A stretch of 64,000 bases of DNA, taken from contig PS015010.1 of assembly GCA_048213135.1 (NCBI GenBank), forward strand, positions 310,001 to 374,000. The letters run 5' to 3'. The position numbers and the translations under genes were made by a program. Shown in pieces: positions 19,350 to 29,214 of the stretch (the stretch's first letter is position 1; every line of letters starts with the position of its first letter). Source of the DNA: Reclinomonas americana ATCC 50394. Lineage: Eukaryota. Under the pieces are notes generated by a model that was given only the letters and a program-made list of their open reading frames with translations, was not told the origin of the DNA and made no database searches.

Positions 19350-21219
19350 CGATCAGCACCGGTATCTTTAGTTCATGCCGTACTGTGTTCACCGTTTCCC
19401 CGTAAATAAAATCCTTGAGTCCGCTGTGGCCGTGAGCGCCCATCACCAGCATGTCGGCATTTACACCTTTGGCAATACGGACAATCTCCCTGGCCCGGTT
19501 CTTATATCCCAGGAAGCCTTCGGCAGTGAATCCCCGGCTTTGTAACTGGTTCACATAGGAATCCATTTGTTCTTTATCCCGCCTGGTCTCATAATCATCG
19601 CTTTCCTTACCCAGCATAGTGGCAGATGCACTTTCCACCACATGCACCAGCAAATAATGGGTATTGGGTTTGCCCTGCCCGATGGCGTAGGCCAGCAGTT
19701 TTTCATCGTGTTCCGTAAAGTCCAGTGCCACGGCGATCTTCATAAATACAGGAACCTCCAGCGCATTGAACATCCCGGCATTGGGGTGCATGCGTATGGA
19801 ACCCATGAACGTACGCCTGCCCAGGAAGGGGTGAATGATAATATACACAAGCAGGCTGAGAAAGATGAGCCCTGCGAGTATCACCAGTATTTCACCAATA
19901 ACGGAACCTTTTTCAAATATGCCAATGGCCTCGTTCCACAGCATTTTCAGGTTCAGGAAAATGAGTACAGAAGCAATGAGCCATGCTGCTACGCGGGTAA
20001 TCACGGGAATGGTAAAACGCCCCATTGTTTTTTTATCACTCACGAAATGAATGAGCGGGATGATGGCGAAACCCAGTTGCAGGCTCAATATCACCTGGCT
20101 GAGGATAAGCAACGCGTCAACATTATCTTCCCCGTAAATGATGATCACGATGAGTGCCGGCACAATGGCCACCAGCCTGGTGATGAGCCTTCTCAGCAAA
20201 GGATTGATGCGCAGGCTCAGGTAGCCTTCCATAATGATCTGCCCGGCAAGTGTACCCGTGATGGTGCTGCTTTGTCCGGCTGCAATAAGAGCGACCGCGA
20301 AAAGGATGGGGGCAAGGTTACCCAGGAAATTGGGCAGCAGGCGGTGCGCTTCCTTGATCTCGCCAACATGTGAGTTACCTGTTTTATAGAACACCGTTGC
20401 CGCCACAATAAGGATGGCTGCATTCACGAAGAAAGCGAGGTTTAACGCTATGGTGGTATCGATGCGGTTGAAACGTATGGCCTGTTGTATACCTTCATCG
20501 GAACGGTCGATCTTGCGGGTCTGTACCAGCGCCGAGTGCAGGTACAGGTTATGCGGCATTACCGTGGCGCCGATGATGCCGATGGCGATGTACAGCGCCT
20601 CATGCCCGAGTTTGCCCGGAATGAAACCACTGCCTATTTCAGCCATGGAAGGTTTGGCCAGGAACAACTGGATGAGAAAACAGATGCCGATGATACCTAC
20701 CAGGGTAATAATAAAGGCTTCCATTTTACGCATGCCCAGCCTTTGGAGGTACAGCAGCAGGAAAGTGTCGAGCACGGTAAGGGATACGCCCCACACCAGC
20801 GGAAGGCCGGTAAGCAGTTGTATACCGATGGCCATACCCAGCACTTCTGCCAGGTCGCAGGCCGCAATGGCCAGCTCTGCCAGCAGGTACAGGGCAAAGT
20901 TGATAAATCTCGGGTAGGCTTCCCTGTTAGCCTGTGCCAGGTCGCGGCCCCGCACAATACCCAGCCTTGCGGAAAGTCCTTGTAACAGTAATGCCATCAG
21001 GTTACTCATCAGCAGCACCCAGATGAGGGTATAACCAAAACGGCTGCCCCCGGCCAGGTCGGTGGCCCAGTTGCCGGGGTCCATATAACCCACACTCACC
21101 AGGTAGGCCGGTCCCAGGAAAGAGAATATCTTCCGCCAGCCGGTTTTCTTTACCGTTGTATCGATGCTGCCATGTACTTCACTCAGGGAAGCATCCGCAT
21201 TGTAATTCCTGTTCTGCAT
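19339..21219 (-). CDS. mntH: Nramp divalent metal transporter fused to a C-terminal universal stress protein domain
   Basis: YMDPGN and MPHNLYLHS motifs; C-terminal IAVALD..MGAHGH..YGET USP fold. Confidence 0.93.
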   Translation of the reverse strand: MQNRNYNADASLSEVHGSIDTTVKKTGWRKIFSFLGPAYLVSVGYMDPGNWATDLAGGSRFGYTLIWVLLMSNLMALLLQGLSARLGIVRGRDLAQANREAYPRFINFALYLLAELAIAACDLAEVLGMAIGIQLLTGLPLVWGVSLTVLDTFLLLYLQRLGMRKMEAFIITLVGIIGICFLIQLFLAKPSMAEIGSGFIPGKLGHEALYIAIGIIGATVMPHNLYLHSALVQTRKIDRSDEGIQQAIRFNRIDTTIALNLAFFVNAAILIVAATVFYKTGNSHVGEIKEAHRLLPNFLGNLAPILFAVALIAAGQSSTITGTLAGQIIMEGYLSLRINPLLRRLITRLVAIVPALIVIIIYGEDNVDALLILSQVILSLQLGFAIIPLIHFVSDKKTMGRFTIPVITRVAAWLIASVLIFLNLKMLWNEAIGIFEKGSVIGEILVILAGLIFLSLLVYIIIHPFLGRRTFMGSIRMHPNAGMFNALEVPVFMKIAVALDFTEHDEKLLAYAIGQGKPNTHYLLVHVVESASATMLGKESDDYETRRDKEQMDSYVNQLQSRGFTAEGFLGYKNRAREIVRIAKGVNADMLVMGAHGHSGLKDFIYGETVNTVRHELKIPVLIVNL

Positions 21220-21260
21220 AATTCACCGGGTTTTATCATCAGTCGCCGCATGCCTTTATT

Positions 21261-21301
21261 CAAAATTAGTATAAAGGAAAAACAAATTTAGGCAAACCTA
21301 A
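21261..21301 (-). promoter_or_regulatory. mntH promoter (TAATTTTG) with upstream TTAGG-N4-CCTAA palindrome (DtxR/MntR-type operator)
   Basis: The reverse complement of 21261-21268 is TAATTTTG; TTAGGCAAACCTAA lies at 21288-21301. Confidence 0.7.
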
Positions 21302-21377
21302 TAATAAATAAGAATTAACCGTCATGAATTATGCGTAACCGGTTCGCCGCTTTCCGCGTTTTTGAGTACATTTATTC

Positions 21378-21764
21378 ATGCGTAAAAAAATAGCTTCGGG
21401 TTCGCCCTGGGAAGACATAGTAGGCTACAGCAGGGCTTTACGTGTGGGTAATATTGTGGAAGTGGCCGGTACCACGGCCATGGATGGTGATACGCTGGTA
21501 GGCGCGGGGGATATGTATGAACAAACCCGCTACATCCTGCAAAAAATAGCTAAGGCTTTGCATGAGGCCGGCGCATCGGTGCAACAGGTGGTGCGTACAC
21601 GTATGTTCGTTACCGATATTTCCCGCTGGGAAGAAGCCGGCAGGGCGCATGGAGAAGTGTTCTGGGAGGTGAAACCTGTGGCCACCATGGTGGAAGTGAA
21701 GAACCTCATCAGTCCCGATCTCCTCATCGAAATTGAGGTAACTGCCATCATTGATGAGGAGTAA
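21378..21764 (+). CDS. RidA/YjgF-family protein
   Basis: GYSRA, VVRTRMF and LIEIEVTA motifs; the usual PAR arginine appears absent (PVAT). Confidence 0.9.
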   Translation: MRKKIASGSPWEDIVGYSRALRVGNIVEVAGTTAMDGDTLVGAGDMYEQTRYILQKIAKALHEAGASVQQVVRTRMFVTDISRWEEAGRAHGEVFWEVKPVATMVEVKNLISPDLLIEIEVTAIIDEE

Positions 21765-21874
21765 CCCGCAATTATAACCCTTTCTTATTGTGTATTTTGT
21801 ACACATTGTATCCCTGAAGCGCTTGATTTCTTTGAAAATCCTTTTATATTGCGGCCTCATCTAACCAACCCATT

Positions 21875-23530
21875 ATGAGTTTTTCGAATTTTAGTGTCCC
21901 TTATCCTGTTGCGGAGGCGTACAGCAAACGTGTGGCTTATTTTTCAATGGAGTTCGCGGTACACCAGCCGCTGAAGATATACAGCGGGGGACTGGGCTTC
22001 CTGAGCGGTTCGCATATGCGCAGCGCTTATGAATTAAAACAGAACCTGGTAGGCATCGGTATTTTGTGGAAGTACGGTTATTATGACCAGGCCCGCAATC
22101 CCGACCAGACCCTGCAGGTGCAATGGAATGAAAAGATCTACAATTTCCTCGAAGATACCGGCATCAAATTCCAGATCGATATTCACGAACATCCCGTGTG
22201 GGTGAAGGCCTGGTACCTGGCGCCCGATACGTTCAGAACGGCGCCCATCTTCCTGCTCAGTACCGATCTGCCGGAAAACGATTACGTATCACAAACGATC
22301 AGCCATAAACTGTACGACGCCAACGTGGCTACCAAAGTGGCCCAGTTCATACTGCTTGGAGTGGGCGGCGCTAAACTGATGGATGAGATCGGTTTTAACC
22401 CCGATGTATATCACCTGAACGAGGCGCATGGCATCAGTTCTGCTTTCTACCTGTATAAAAAGTTTGGTAAGGATGTGAACGAAGTGAAGAAACGACTGGT
22501 GTTCACTACGCATACCCCTGAAGAAGCCGGCAATGAGAAGCATGATATCCATCTTTGTGAAAAGATGAGTTATTTCTGCGGTATCCCGCTCGATGAAGTG
22601 CGGAAAGTGACGGGTATGACGGATGATCTTTTCAACCACTCCCTTGCCGCCCTGCGTTTTGCCCGCCTGGCCAATGGCGTTAGCCAGCTGCACGGCGAAG
22701 TAAGCCGCCAGATGTGGAGCAAGTACCCCGGCATCTGCGAGATCAAAGCCATCACCAATGCGCAGAACTGGACCTACTGGGCCGATAAACAATTATATCA
22801 CTACCTCGAATCCCACAACGACATGGGCTTCGATGACCGTAAAATGTACCTGAAGAAAAGGGCTTTTGAAATCGTGGCCGACCAGACCGGCAAAGTATTC
22901 AGGCCGCATGTATTCACCATTGTATGGGCACGCCGTTTTGCCGGGTATAAAAGGGCCGACCTGCTCACCCGCAACCTGCAGCGTTTTGAGGCCCTGCTCA
23001 GCAATACCCAATACCCGGTGCAGATCATATGGGCAGGTAAACCTTACCCGGTCGATTATCCTGCCATCAGTGACTTCAACAACCTGGTGCAGCTGAGCAA
23101 ACACTATCCCAATGTAGCGGTATGTACCGGTTATGAACTGGCATTGAGCAAAAGGCTGAAACAGGCGTCGGACCTGTGGCTGAACAACCCCCGCGTACCC
23201 CGCGAAGCCAGCGGCACCAGTGGTATGACGGCTGCCATGAACGGATCGGTGAATTGCAGCACTAACGACGGCTGGATCTGCGAATTCATCAACCACGGCA
23301 ATAACGGTTTCGTGGTACCGCCAATCGACTACAGCAGTGTAACCGTACACGAGCAGGACGAATACGACCTCGACAAATTATACGACATCCTCGAAAACCA
23401 GGTACTGCCCATTTATTACGAGAACTTTGAAGTATGGCGCCAGATCATTAAAAATGGCATGCGTGACGTAAGGTGGCAGTTCGACAGCAACAGGATGGCG
23501 AAGGAGTATTATGAGATCATGTATAATTAA
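21875..23530 (+). CDS. glgP: Alpha-glucan phosphorylase (GT35, short form)
   Basis: YFSMEF, YSGGLG, HLNEAH, FTTHTP, ARRFAGYKR and EASGTSGM motifs. Confidence 0.92.
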   Translation: MSFSNFSVPYPVAEAYSKRVAYFSMEFAVHQPLKIYSGGLGFLSGSHMRSAYELKQNLVGIGILWKYGYYDQARNPDQTLQVQWNEKIYNFLEDTGIKFQIDIHEHPVWVKAWYLAPDTFRTAPIFLLSTDLPENDYVSQTISHKLYDANVATKVAQFILLGVGGAKLMDEIGFNPDVYHLNEAHGISSAFYLYKKFGKDVNEVKKRLVFTTHTPEEAGNEKHDIHLCEKMSYFCGIPLDEVRKVTGMTDDLFNHSLAALRFARLANGVSQLHGEVSRQMWSKYPGICEIKAITNAQNWTYWADKQLYHYLESHNDMGFDDRKMYLKKRAFEIVADQTGKVFRPHVFTIVWARRFAGYKRADLLTRNLQRFEALLSNTQYPVQIIWAGKPYPVDYPAISDFNNLVQLSKHYPNVAVCTGYELALSKRLKQASDLWLNNPRVPREASGTSGMTAAMNGSVNCSTNDGWICEFINHGNNGFVVPPIDYSSVTVHEQDEYDLDKLYDILENQVLPIYYENFEVWRQIIKNGMRDVRWQFDSNRMAKEYYEIMYN

Positions 23531-23599
23531 TTACTGATTATGAATTACTAATTACTAATTGCAGCAATCTCCGCGATTAGTAATTAGTAATTAGTAATT
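23529..23599. repeat. Inverted heptamer (AATTACT)n hairpin
   Basis: 23543-23562 vs 23573-23592 match 19/20 as an inverted repeat. Confidence 0.85.
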
Positions 23600-23606
23600 T
23601 TAGTGC

Positions 23607-24056
23607 ATGGCTATCTTCCAAAAAGACATCGAGATACGCTGGAGCGATCTTGATCCCAATTTCCACATCAGGCATTCGGTATATTATGACATGGGGGCTT
23701 ACTGCCGTATGGCCTTCCTGGATGAGCAGGGCATTACCGCCATGGAAATGCTGCGCTACCATATCGGTCCCATCATCTTCAGAGAAGAATGTTTATTCCG
23801 GAGTGAAATACATTTTGGTGATAAGGTCGCGATTGACCTGCAATTGGTCGGGGTATCGGAAGACTACCGCAAATTTGCCATGCGGCACCAGGTATTTAAA
23901 AATGGCGATATGCTGGCAGCCGTCATCAATATAGAAGGCGCCTGGATGAATACGGAACTGCGCAAGGTGTCTGTACCTCCTGATCCCTTCCTGCAGGGCT
24001 TCAATGCCATGCACCGCGCTGATGATTTCCAGCTGATTCCTTCAAAAAATAAATGA
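23607..24056 (+). CDS. Acyl-CoA thioesterase (4HBT/hotdog fold)
   Basis: IRWSDLDPNFH...Y motif. Confidence 0.88.
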   Translation: MAIFQKDIEIRWSDLDPNFHIRHSVYYDMGAYCRMAFLDEQGITAMEMLRYHIGPIIFREECLFRSEIHFGDKVAIDLQLVGVSEDYRKFAMRHQVFKNGDMLAAVINIEGAWMNTELRKVSVPPDPFLQGFNAMHRADDFQLIPSKNK

Positions 24057-24781
24057 CTATGAAACGGATCTTTTGCCTTTTACCTGTTGTTGTGATGGTT
24101 TTGATCTCCTGCAATTCCGGCGATAAAACAACACCTGCGCCTGTACAGGACAGTATGCCGCCAAAAGATTCCTCTGTCATTGTAAAAACTGCGGACAACC
24201 CCATTCCCAATGAACCCGACTATGTGCAGCGTAAGGTCAGCATAACACCCGCTGAATGGCCCGCACTCCGCGTTAAAGCCAGGCTGGCCGATAACCCGCC
24301 GGCAGTAACGGGTAAAATAAAAGGAGACTTCAACGGCGATGGCCGCCCCGAAACCGTTTACCTGGTGGCTCCGGTTGAAGACAGCAGCAAAGATGCTTTC
24401 CAGGAATGTTATGGTGGTTGCAACAGTTACCTGCTCAGCAGTGATGCGGCAATGCCAGTACTGATCGTTCATGATAACCTGGGCGGCGAGATCAAAAACA
24501 TTGGTGATATGGACGGTGATGGCGCCGACGATATTGTTGTGTACCCCGCCTGGTGGCAAAGCAACTGGAATCCTTACCGCTTATATTCTTTCAAAAAATC
24601 GACCGGTGAATGGCGTTACCTTACTGAACCGGTTTCTATATTCGCCCCTGATCTTTACGATCATAAAAAACCATTGGTAAAAAAATCGGCACGGCCGGGT
24701 TATGTTGTAGCCTTTACATCAGAGACCAATGATGACGGTGATACCAAAAGCAGCTACCGCGAATTGCCCCTCATTAAATAG
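24053..24781 (+). CDS. Hypothetical lipoprotein with DxxGDG calcium-blade motifs
   Basis: Lipobox LISC; GDFNGDG and GDMDGDG motifs. Confidence 0.75.
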   Translation: MTMKRIFCLLPVVVMVLISCNSGDKTTPAPVQDSMPPKDSSVIVKTADNPIPNEPDYVQRKVSITPAEWPALRVKARLADNPPAVTGKIKGDFNGDGRPETVYLVAPVEDSSKDAFQECYGGCNSYLLSSDAAMPVLIVHDNLGGEIKNIGDMDGDGADDIVVYPAWWQSNWNPYRLYSFKKSTGEWRYLTEPVSIFAPDLYDHKKPLVKKSARPGYVVAFTSETNDDGDTKSSYRELPLIK

Positions 24782-24805
24782 ATAATGTCCCGGTTTGAAT
24801 ATATT

Positions 24806-24881
24806 TCTCACAAAGGCTCGAAGAACGAAAAGTATGTATTGCACCTGGCAACCCTTTGTGGCCTTAGCGGCCTGGTGGGAG
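24806..24881. repeat. Degenerate single palindromic relative of the CGCAAAG repeat family
   Basis: tctcacaaagg..gaaaag / ctttgtggccttagcggc..gtgggag; shares ccttagcggc with the arrays. Confidence 0.5.
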
Positions 24882-24966
24882 GGCTATCTGTTTTCAAACT
24901 GAAACACTACCATTAAATAATTGTCTGAAGGGGACTAAGTACTAATCCTATCTTTGTACGGTCTCT

Positions 24967-26172
24967 ATGCTCAACAGAACGGTTTCCTTATACAAAAATG
25001 CTTATGGGGGTTTATCTGCCAGTACCTGGTGGCTCTCTCTCGTTATGCTCATTAACCGGAGCGGAACCATGGTGGTGCCTTTCATGACTATTTACATGAC
25101 GGACAATATTGGTGTGGGCATCGCCAAAGCCACGCTGGTAACGAGTTTGTTCGGACTGGGTGCTGTGATCGGCGCTTTGATAGGAGGGAAGATGGCCGAC
25201 AAAATCGGTTTTTATTTTGTACAGCAGGTTACCCTTATCGGTGGCGGATTACTTTTTATCCTGCTTGGGCAAATGGCGCATTACAGTACCATTTGTATTG
25301 TCATGTTCTTTCTGGGATTGGTCAATGAGGCTTTCCGTCCTGCGAACGCCGTGGCGGTAGCGCATTTCAGCAATGAGCAGAACAGGGCCCGGTCTTATTC
25401 GCTCAACAGGCTGGCCATTAACCTGGGTTGGGCACTTGGCGGTTCGGTTGGCGGTTTCCTGGCTCAGCACAATATCAAACTGATCTTTTGGGTAGACGGG
25501 TTCAGCAATATCGCTGCGGCCATACTGTTGTATTTTTTACTGGCTCCGTCCAAGAACGCGGCTACTGTGGTGCAGAAACCACTGCAGCAGGAGAAAGGCC
25601 CTTCCGTTTACCGGGACAAAGCTTATCTCTGGTTCACCGTGATGATCTTTTTCTTTGCCTTGTGTTTTTTCCAGTTGTTTGTTACGCTGCCTCCTTTTTA
25701 CAACAGCCAGTGGCACTTGTCGAAAGATTATATTGGCCTGGTGATGGGCGCCAACGGACTGATCATCGTGATCTTTGAAATGATCATTGTATTCACGCTT
25801 GAAAAACAAAGGGCGCATCTCACTTATATCAGCATCGGCGTGTTTATGGTGGGCGTTTCTTATCTTATGCTTAACCTGGCGGGTATCGGTTTCGCGTTGC
25901 TGTCGGTATTATCTATGCTGATGGTCACTTTCGGGGAGATCATTTCCATGCCTTTCATGAACAGCTACTGGATAGAAAGGACAAACACCCAAAACCGCGG
26001 ACAATACGCGGCCTTATATACCGTGGCCTGGTCTACGGCCCAGGTGATAGGCCCTGCTTCCTGCGGACAGATCGCCGAACGCTACGGATACAATGTATTG
26101 TGGTGGATACTGGGCGGTATCTGCATTGTACTCAGCTTTGGGTTCAGAACACTTATCAATAAAAAAGCGTAA
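24967..26172 (+). CDS. MFS transporter
   Basis: ADKIG motif, ~12 TM helices; TATCTTTG promoter element just upstream. Confidence 0.92.
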   Translation: MLNRTVSLYKNAYGGLSASTWWLSLVMLINRSGTMVVPFMTIYMTDNIGVGIAKATLVTSLFGLGAVIGALIGGKMADKIGFYFVQQVTLIGGGLLFILLGQMAHYSTICIVMFFLGLVNEAFRPANAVAVAHFSNEQNRARSYSLNRLAINLGWALGGSVGGFLAQHNIKLIFWVDGFSNIAAAILLYFLLAPSKNAATVVQKPLQQEKGPSVYRDKAYLWFTVMIFFFALCFFQLFVTLPPFYNSQWHLSKDYIGLVMGANGLIIVIFEMIIVFTLEKQRAHLTYISIGVFMVGVSYLMLNLAGIGFALLSVLSMLMVTFGEIISMPFMNSYWIERTNTQNRGQYAALYTVAWSTAQVIGPASCGQIAERYGYNVLWWILGGICIVLSFGFRTLINKKA

Positions 26173-26191
26173 ACAATTGCTGTTTACGCTT
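26161..26191 (-). terminator. Intrinsic terminator between convergent genes
   Basis: AAGCGTAAACA-ATTGC-TGTTTACGCTT with an A-run on the left. Confidence 0.8.
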
Positions 26192-26214
26192 CCATCAGTT
26201 GCTTATAATAATGA

Positions 26215-27054
26215 TCAGTTATAAATATTGGAGGAGGTGGCTTTTGCCGTCACCGGCATATCCTGTCCCATCAGTTGCATACTGCCATTGATCTCTGTAA
26301 CACTTGTCTTTTTCTTTACCCTGCCGGTGGTGATGTCGGTGATAATATCACCGGTAGTAGTGGTATTGCTTTTCATTTCTATCTCCATTCCCTGCACTTC
26401 CAGTTTGGTGGTGAGGTTACCGGTAGCCACTAACCCAATGGTAGCGATGTTGGCGTCAATATTTTTGAGTGTAAAATTGCGTACCACTTTGCTGTCTTTG
26501 GTAATGGTGCTGTCGGACCAGCTGTCGCCCACTTTTTTTCCTTCGGGTATCAGTTGAAAGGCACTGGACACAAAGCCTTCGTCGGTATTTTCACCGGCAA
26601 CGCTCAGCAGCCCGTCCATTGGCAGGCCTTCATCGCTGTCTTTCGATTTTTCTTTTTTAGTGGTCCGCATGGCATCGCCGGTTTTGGCGTCCAGCAGCAA
26701 CTCAACCGGTTTGTTGATCTTTTCTCCTATGGCTTTGGCAACATCGGCATTGCCCGCTTCAGGTTTATCGGAATCATAATTCATGGACTGGCCCATCATG
26801 TTCATGTCCGTTTTCATGTACGTGGTGGTATTGGTAACGGTATAGTTTTTATCTGTTGAGGACTTTACTTCTATTACCGCTTTACTGCTGGTGGTATTGT
26901 TCATTTCCATACCCATTACGGAAGCCTCGGTAGTTACCGATGTTTCGGTGGTGATCTTATTGCCGCTGGCAAGCACCAGTTTATCGGTATACTTTTGTGC
27001 AAAGGCGAAGGTTACGGAAAGAACAGCGAAAACGCTGAGGAGGATTTTTTTCAT
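26215..27054 (-). CDS. Secreted beta-rich protein (DUF6263-like)
   Basis: Signal peptide; MMGQSMNYDSD and KVGDSW motifs. Confidence 0.7.
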   Translation of the reverse strand: MKKILLSVFAVLSVTFAFAQKYTDKLVLASGNKITTETSVTTEASVMGMEMNNTTSSKAVIEVKSSTDKNYTVTNTTTYMKTDMNMMGQSMNYDSDKPEAGNADVAKAIGEKINKPVELLLDAKTGDAMRTTKKEKSKDSDEGLPMDGLLSVAGENTDEGFVSSAFQLIPEGKKVGDSWSDSTITKDSKVVRNFTLKNIDANIATIGLVATGNLTTKLEVQGMEIEMKSNTTTTGDIITDITTGRVKKKTSVTEINGSMQLMGQDMPVTAKATSSNIYN

Positions 27055-27148
27055 GATTATTTATTTATTCAATGCCGCAAATTTATTGTTTAACGGTATA
27101 TATAAGCATTTTGTTTACCGTGATTTAACAATTCCTATAAGTACGGGC

Positions 27149-27179
27149 AAAAATAAAGCCACACGCTGGGTGTGGCCTT
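27149..27179 (-). terminator. Terminator of the cold-shock gene
   Basis: On the minus strand GCCACAC-loop-GTGTGGC followed by TTTATTTTT. Confidence 0.8.
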
Positions 27180-27201
27180 ACAATTCCGTATAAAACGTGA
27201 A

Positions 27202-27402
27202 TTATCCGATAACAGTTACGTTTACTGCATTCATTCCTTTCCTGCCTTCCTGCATTTCGAATTCCACTTTATCGCCTTCTTTGATATCTCCTTTCAGGCC
27301 GCTCACATGTACGAATGTTTCTTTGTCAGAATCGTTGTGCCTGATAAAACCGAATCCTTTTTCAGCATTGAAAAACTTAACGGTGCCTTGATGTTTGTCC
27401 AT
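27202..27402 (-). CDS. Cold-shock protein
   Basis: GTVKFFN, KGFGFI and FVH motifs. Confidence 0.97.
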   Translation of the reverse strand: MDKHQGTVKFFNAEKGFGFIRHNDSDKETFVHVSGLKGDIKEGDKVEFEMQEGRKGMNAVNVTVIG

Positions 27403-27478
27403 TGTAAAATTGTATTGTAATTAATAAAGCGCAAATATAGCCGTTTATTCACAATTGAGCCTCCCTTTTTAGTGGTAT

Positions 27479-29161
27479 TTAGCTACCTGGCTTACTATCA
27501 ACGATCTCTACATCAAATATTAATGTACTATTTGGTGGTATTTCGCCCAGGTTGCGAATAGTGTAAGCCAGCGCGGAAGGGATCAGCAGCCTGATCTTTC
27601 CGCCCCGGCGGGCATGTACCAGGCCGGTTTGCCAGCCCCGGATCAGCCTTTTCAGCGGAAAAGTGGCCGGTTTATCCTTTGTTTCGTCAAATACAAAACC
27701 ATTGAGCAGGCTGCCCCGGTAATGAACCACCAGGGTATCAGAAACCTTCACTTCGGGGCCTGTACCTTCCGATAAGATCTTATAATATACGCCCTGGTCA
27801 TTTTTCCAGGCGGCAGGCTCACTTTTTATATATCCCTGGATATCAGCGGCTTCCTTTTGGGCGGTCGCCAGGCTGTCGGCATTCCGGTACAGGTCTATCT
27901 GCGGGCGGGGGCCACTGGATTTTCGGGTGAACACCTGGCCCGGACCTGCATTGGCATCGGCAAAACCACCATTCCACAGGTAAAAACGGGTACTGTCGGC
28001 CCCGCCGCCATAGTCAATACGGTCGCCGGCCCTGCCTGTGGCATCATAACTGAAACGGGCTTCGGTGGTCTCCAGCCACTCACCTGTTTCCCGCCTGGTC
28101 CAGGTATTGCCGAAGAAGGCCTTTCTTTTCAGCTGCCCGTTATTGCCATAGAAATTTTCTGAAAAGGAGTAGAGGTTGCGCAGCAGCTTGCCGTCTTTCG
28201 GGGCTTTAAAGGAAGCCATCAGTTTCCAGCGCTGCTGTTCAGGAATAAAGAAATACCCGGTATAATCTGTTGTTTGTGTTGCACTATCCGAAACGGCGGC
28301 AACATAAAAACGGTAGGTGGTGCCGGCCTGCCAGGGATATACCCAATGGCTGTGCCCGCCTGTGCCTTCATTGCCAAAATCATCGGCAATTACGTTTTCT
28401 CCCTTAGCCACCAGTTTCACTTTATTGTCTTCACTTACTTTATTCCGGTCTACGGCCTCATTACCGGCATCCCAAACGGAAAAGATCACCCTTCTTTCCG
28501 TAGGGCTGTTGACCTGTATGCCGAAGTAGCCTCTTGCAAAACCGCAGGCCATATAATAAGTGTACAGCGGGTCGGCCCCTGCGGGTACGGTGATTTCGTT
28601 ATAAAAACCCACTGTTTTGTTGCTGTCGGCAACCGGGTACAGCAGGTGTACCGAAGCTGCGTTACGCCTGGGTTTGGGGTTGAAGTGCGCATGAAGGGAA
28701 GCGGTGCCGCCAATTTGCAGCGAAGAAATATCAGCGATCACGGCCTTGCTCCGGGTAATACCTTTAAGCGTGAGCTCATAAAACCCGGTATCTGTTATGT
28801 TTAACTTACCCAACGGTACCAGTTGGAAAGCCGCGGACCGGGGTACGGCAACACTGAATTTTTTTCCGCGGATGGTTGCTTCAATACGGTTACCCGCGGC
28901 AGGCGATTTCATCTGCAGGAATAAAGTCAGCTCGCCGGTATGGCGGAGTTTGAAAAAGAAATGAATGGTTTCGCCGGTATTATACCAGTTGTGAAGACCT
29001 TCTTTCGGCGAGAAGAGCATACTTTCATCGGTATCCGTGCCTTCCTCTTCGGGCAGGGCATAGGCAGTAAAGGCGGGGATGATGGTGCGTGACTGTGCGG
29101 CTGTCTTTTGTATACTGCATAACAGCAGCAGGGCAAGTATGCCGGTGAATGGTTGGCGCAT
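27479..29161 (-). CDS. Secreted DUF5077/DUF3472-like protein fused to a C-terminal FKBP-type PPIase
   Basis: AASVHL, YYMACGF..GYFGIQVNS..IFSVW and FGNEGTGG motifs; C-terminal VHYRG..FD, LIRGW, IPS.LAY and IPPNSTLIFDVE. Confidence 0.8.
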   Translation of the reverse strand: MRQPFTGILALLLLCSIQKTAAQSRTIIPAFTAYALPEEEGTDTDESMLFSPKEGLHNWYNTGETIHFFFKLRHTGELTLFLQMKSPAAGNRIEATIRGKKFSVAVPRSAAFQLVPLGKLNITDTGFYELTLKGITRSKAVIADISSLQIGGTASLHAHFNPKPRRNAASVHLLYPVADSNKTVGFYNEITVPAGADPLYTYYMACGFARGYFGIQVNSPTERRVIFSVWDAGNEAVDRNKVSEDNKVKLVAKGENVIADDFGNEGTGGHSHWVYPWQAGTTYRFYVAAVSDSATQTTDYTGYFFIPEQQRWKLMASFKAPKDGKLLRNLYSFSENFYGNNGQLKRKAFFGNTWTRRETGEWLETTEARFSYDATGRAGDRIDYGGGADSTRFYLWNGGFADANAGPGQVFTRKSSGPRPQIDLYRNADSLATAQKEAADIQGYIKSEPAAWKNDQGVYYKILSEGTGPEVKVSDTLVVHYRGSLLNGFVFDETKDKPATFPLKRLIRGWQTGLVHARRGGKIRLLIPSALAYTIRNLGEIPPNSTLIFDVEIVDSKPGS

Positions 29162-29214
29162 ACGCAAATGTTGAGCAGCAAACTTAGTGATAAAAGAGGA
29201 GTGACCGGCTTGTT

